Source of the DNA: Octopus vulgaris
Lineage: Eukaryota
Assembly (NCBI GenBank): GCA_951406725.2
Contig: OX597817.1
Span: 76,570,001-76,634,000, forward strand
DNA: 64,000 bases
Reading direction: 5' to 3'
Shown here piece by piece: positions 63,891 through 64,000 of this stretch. The notes under the pieces were generated by a model that was not told the DNA's origin, searched no databases, and saw only the letters and a list, made by a program, of their open reading frames with translations. Within the stretch, counting starts at the first letter, position 1, and each line of letters opens with the position of its first letter. The translations under genes and the position numbers were made by a program.

Positions 63891-64000
63891 CCACCAAATT
63901 TCCCTCAAAATTACTCTTCACTCTCTTACAAAGAGAAAACACAGCAATCAGTGTATTTCTTGGTATGATATATTATGAAATGGCCACGATCGCTTGATCT

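Overview
AT-rich eukaryotic (animal) genomic DNA, very dense in microsatellites, with no host protein-coding exon that I can recognise. The SINE content and microsatellite load suggest an octopus or other coleoid cephalopod (inference). Almost all ORFs in the track are microsatellite artefacts. The one real intact gene is the single ORF (about 1272 aa from the first ATG, minus strand, 39257-43075) of a full-length R4/Dong-clade non-LTR retrotransposon with RT, CCHC zinc knuckle and restriction-like endonuclease domains. It lies between a perfect 2.7-kb (TAA)n array and a 2.1-kb in-phase compound (TAA)/(TGA)/(TAA)/(GAA) array. It is the youngest member of a 16-kb head-to-tail, co-oriented chain of six R4/Dong copies from several subfamilies, separated mostly by trinucleotide arrays; one copy ends in a 61-bp fold-back hairpin. 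The rest of the window holds Tx1-, CR1- and RTE-type LINE fragments, Penelope-like remnants with minimal hammerhead-ribozyme motifs, three SINE families, nested HINE/DINE-like elements, a pogo/Tigger remnant and small tandem duplications. Family assignments come from motif recognition by eye, with no database searches, and boundaries of decayed elements are approximate.
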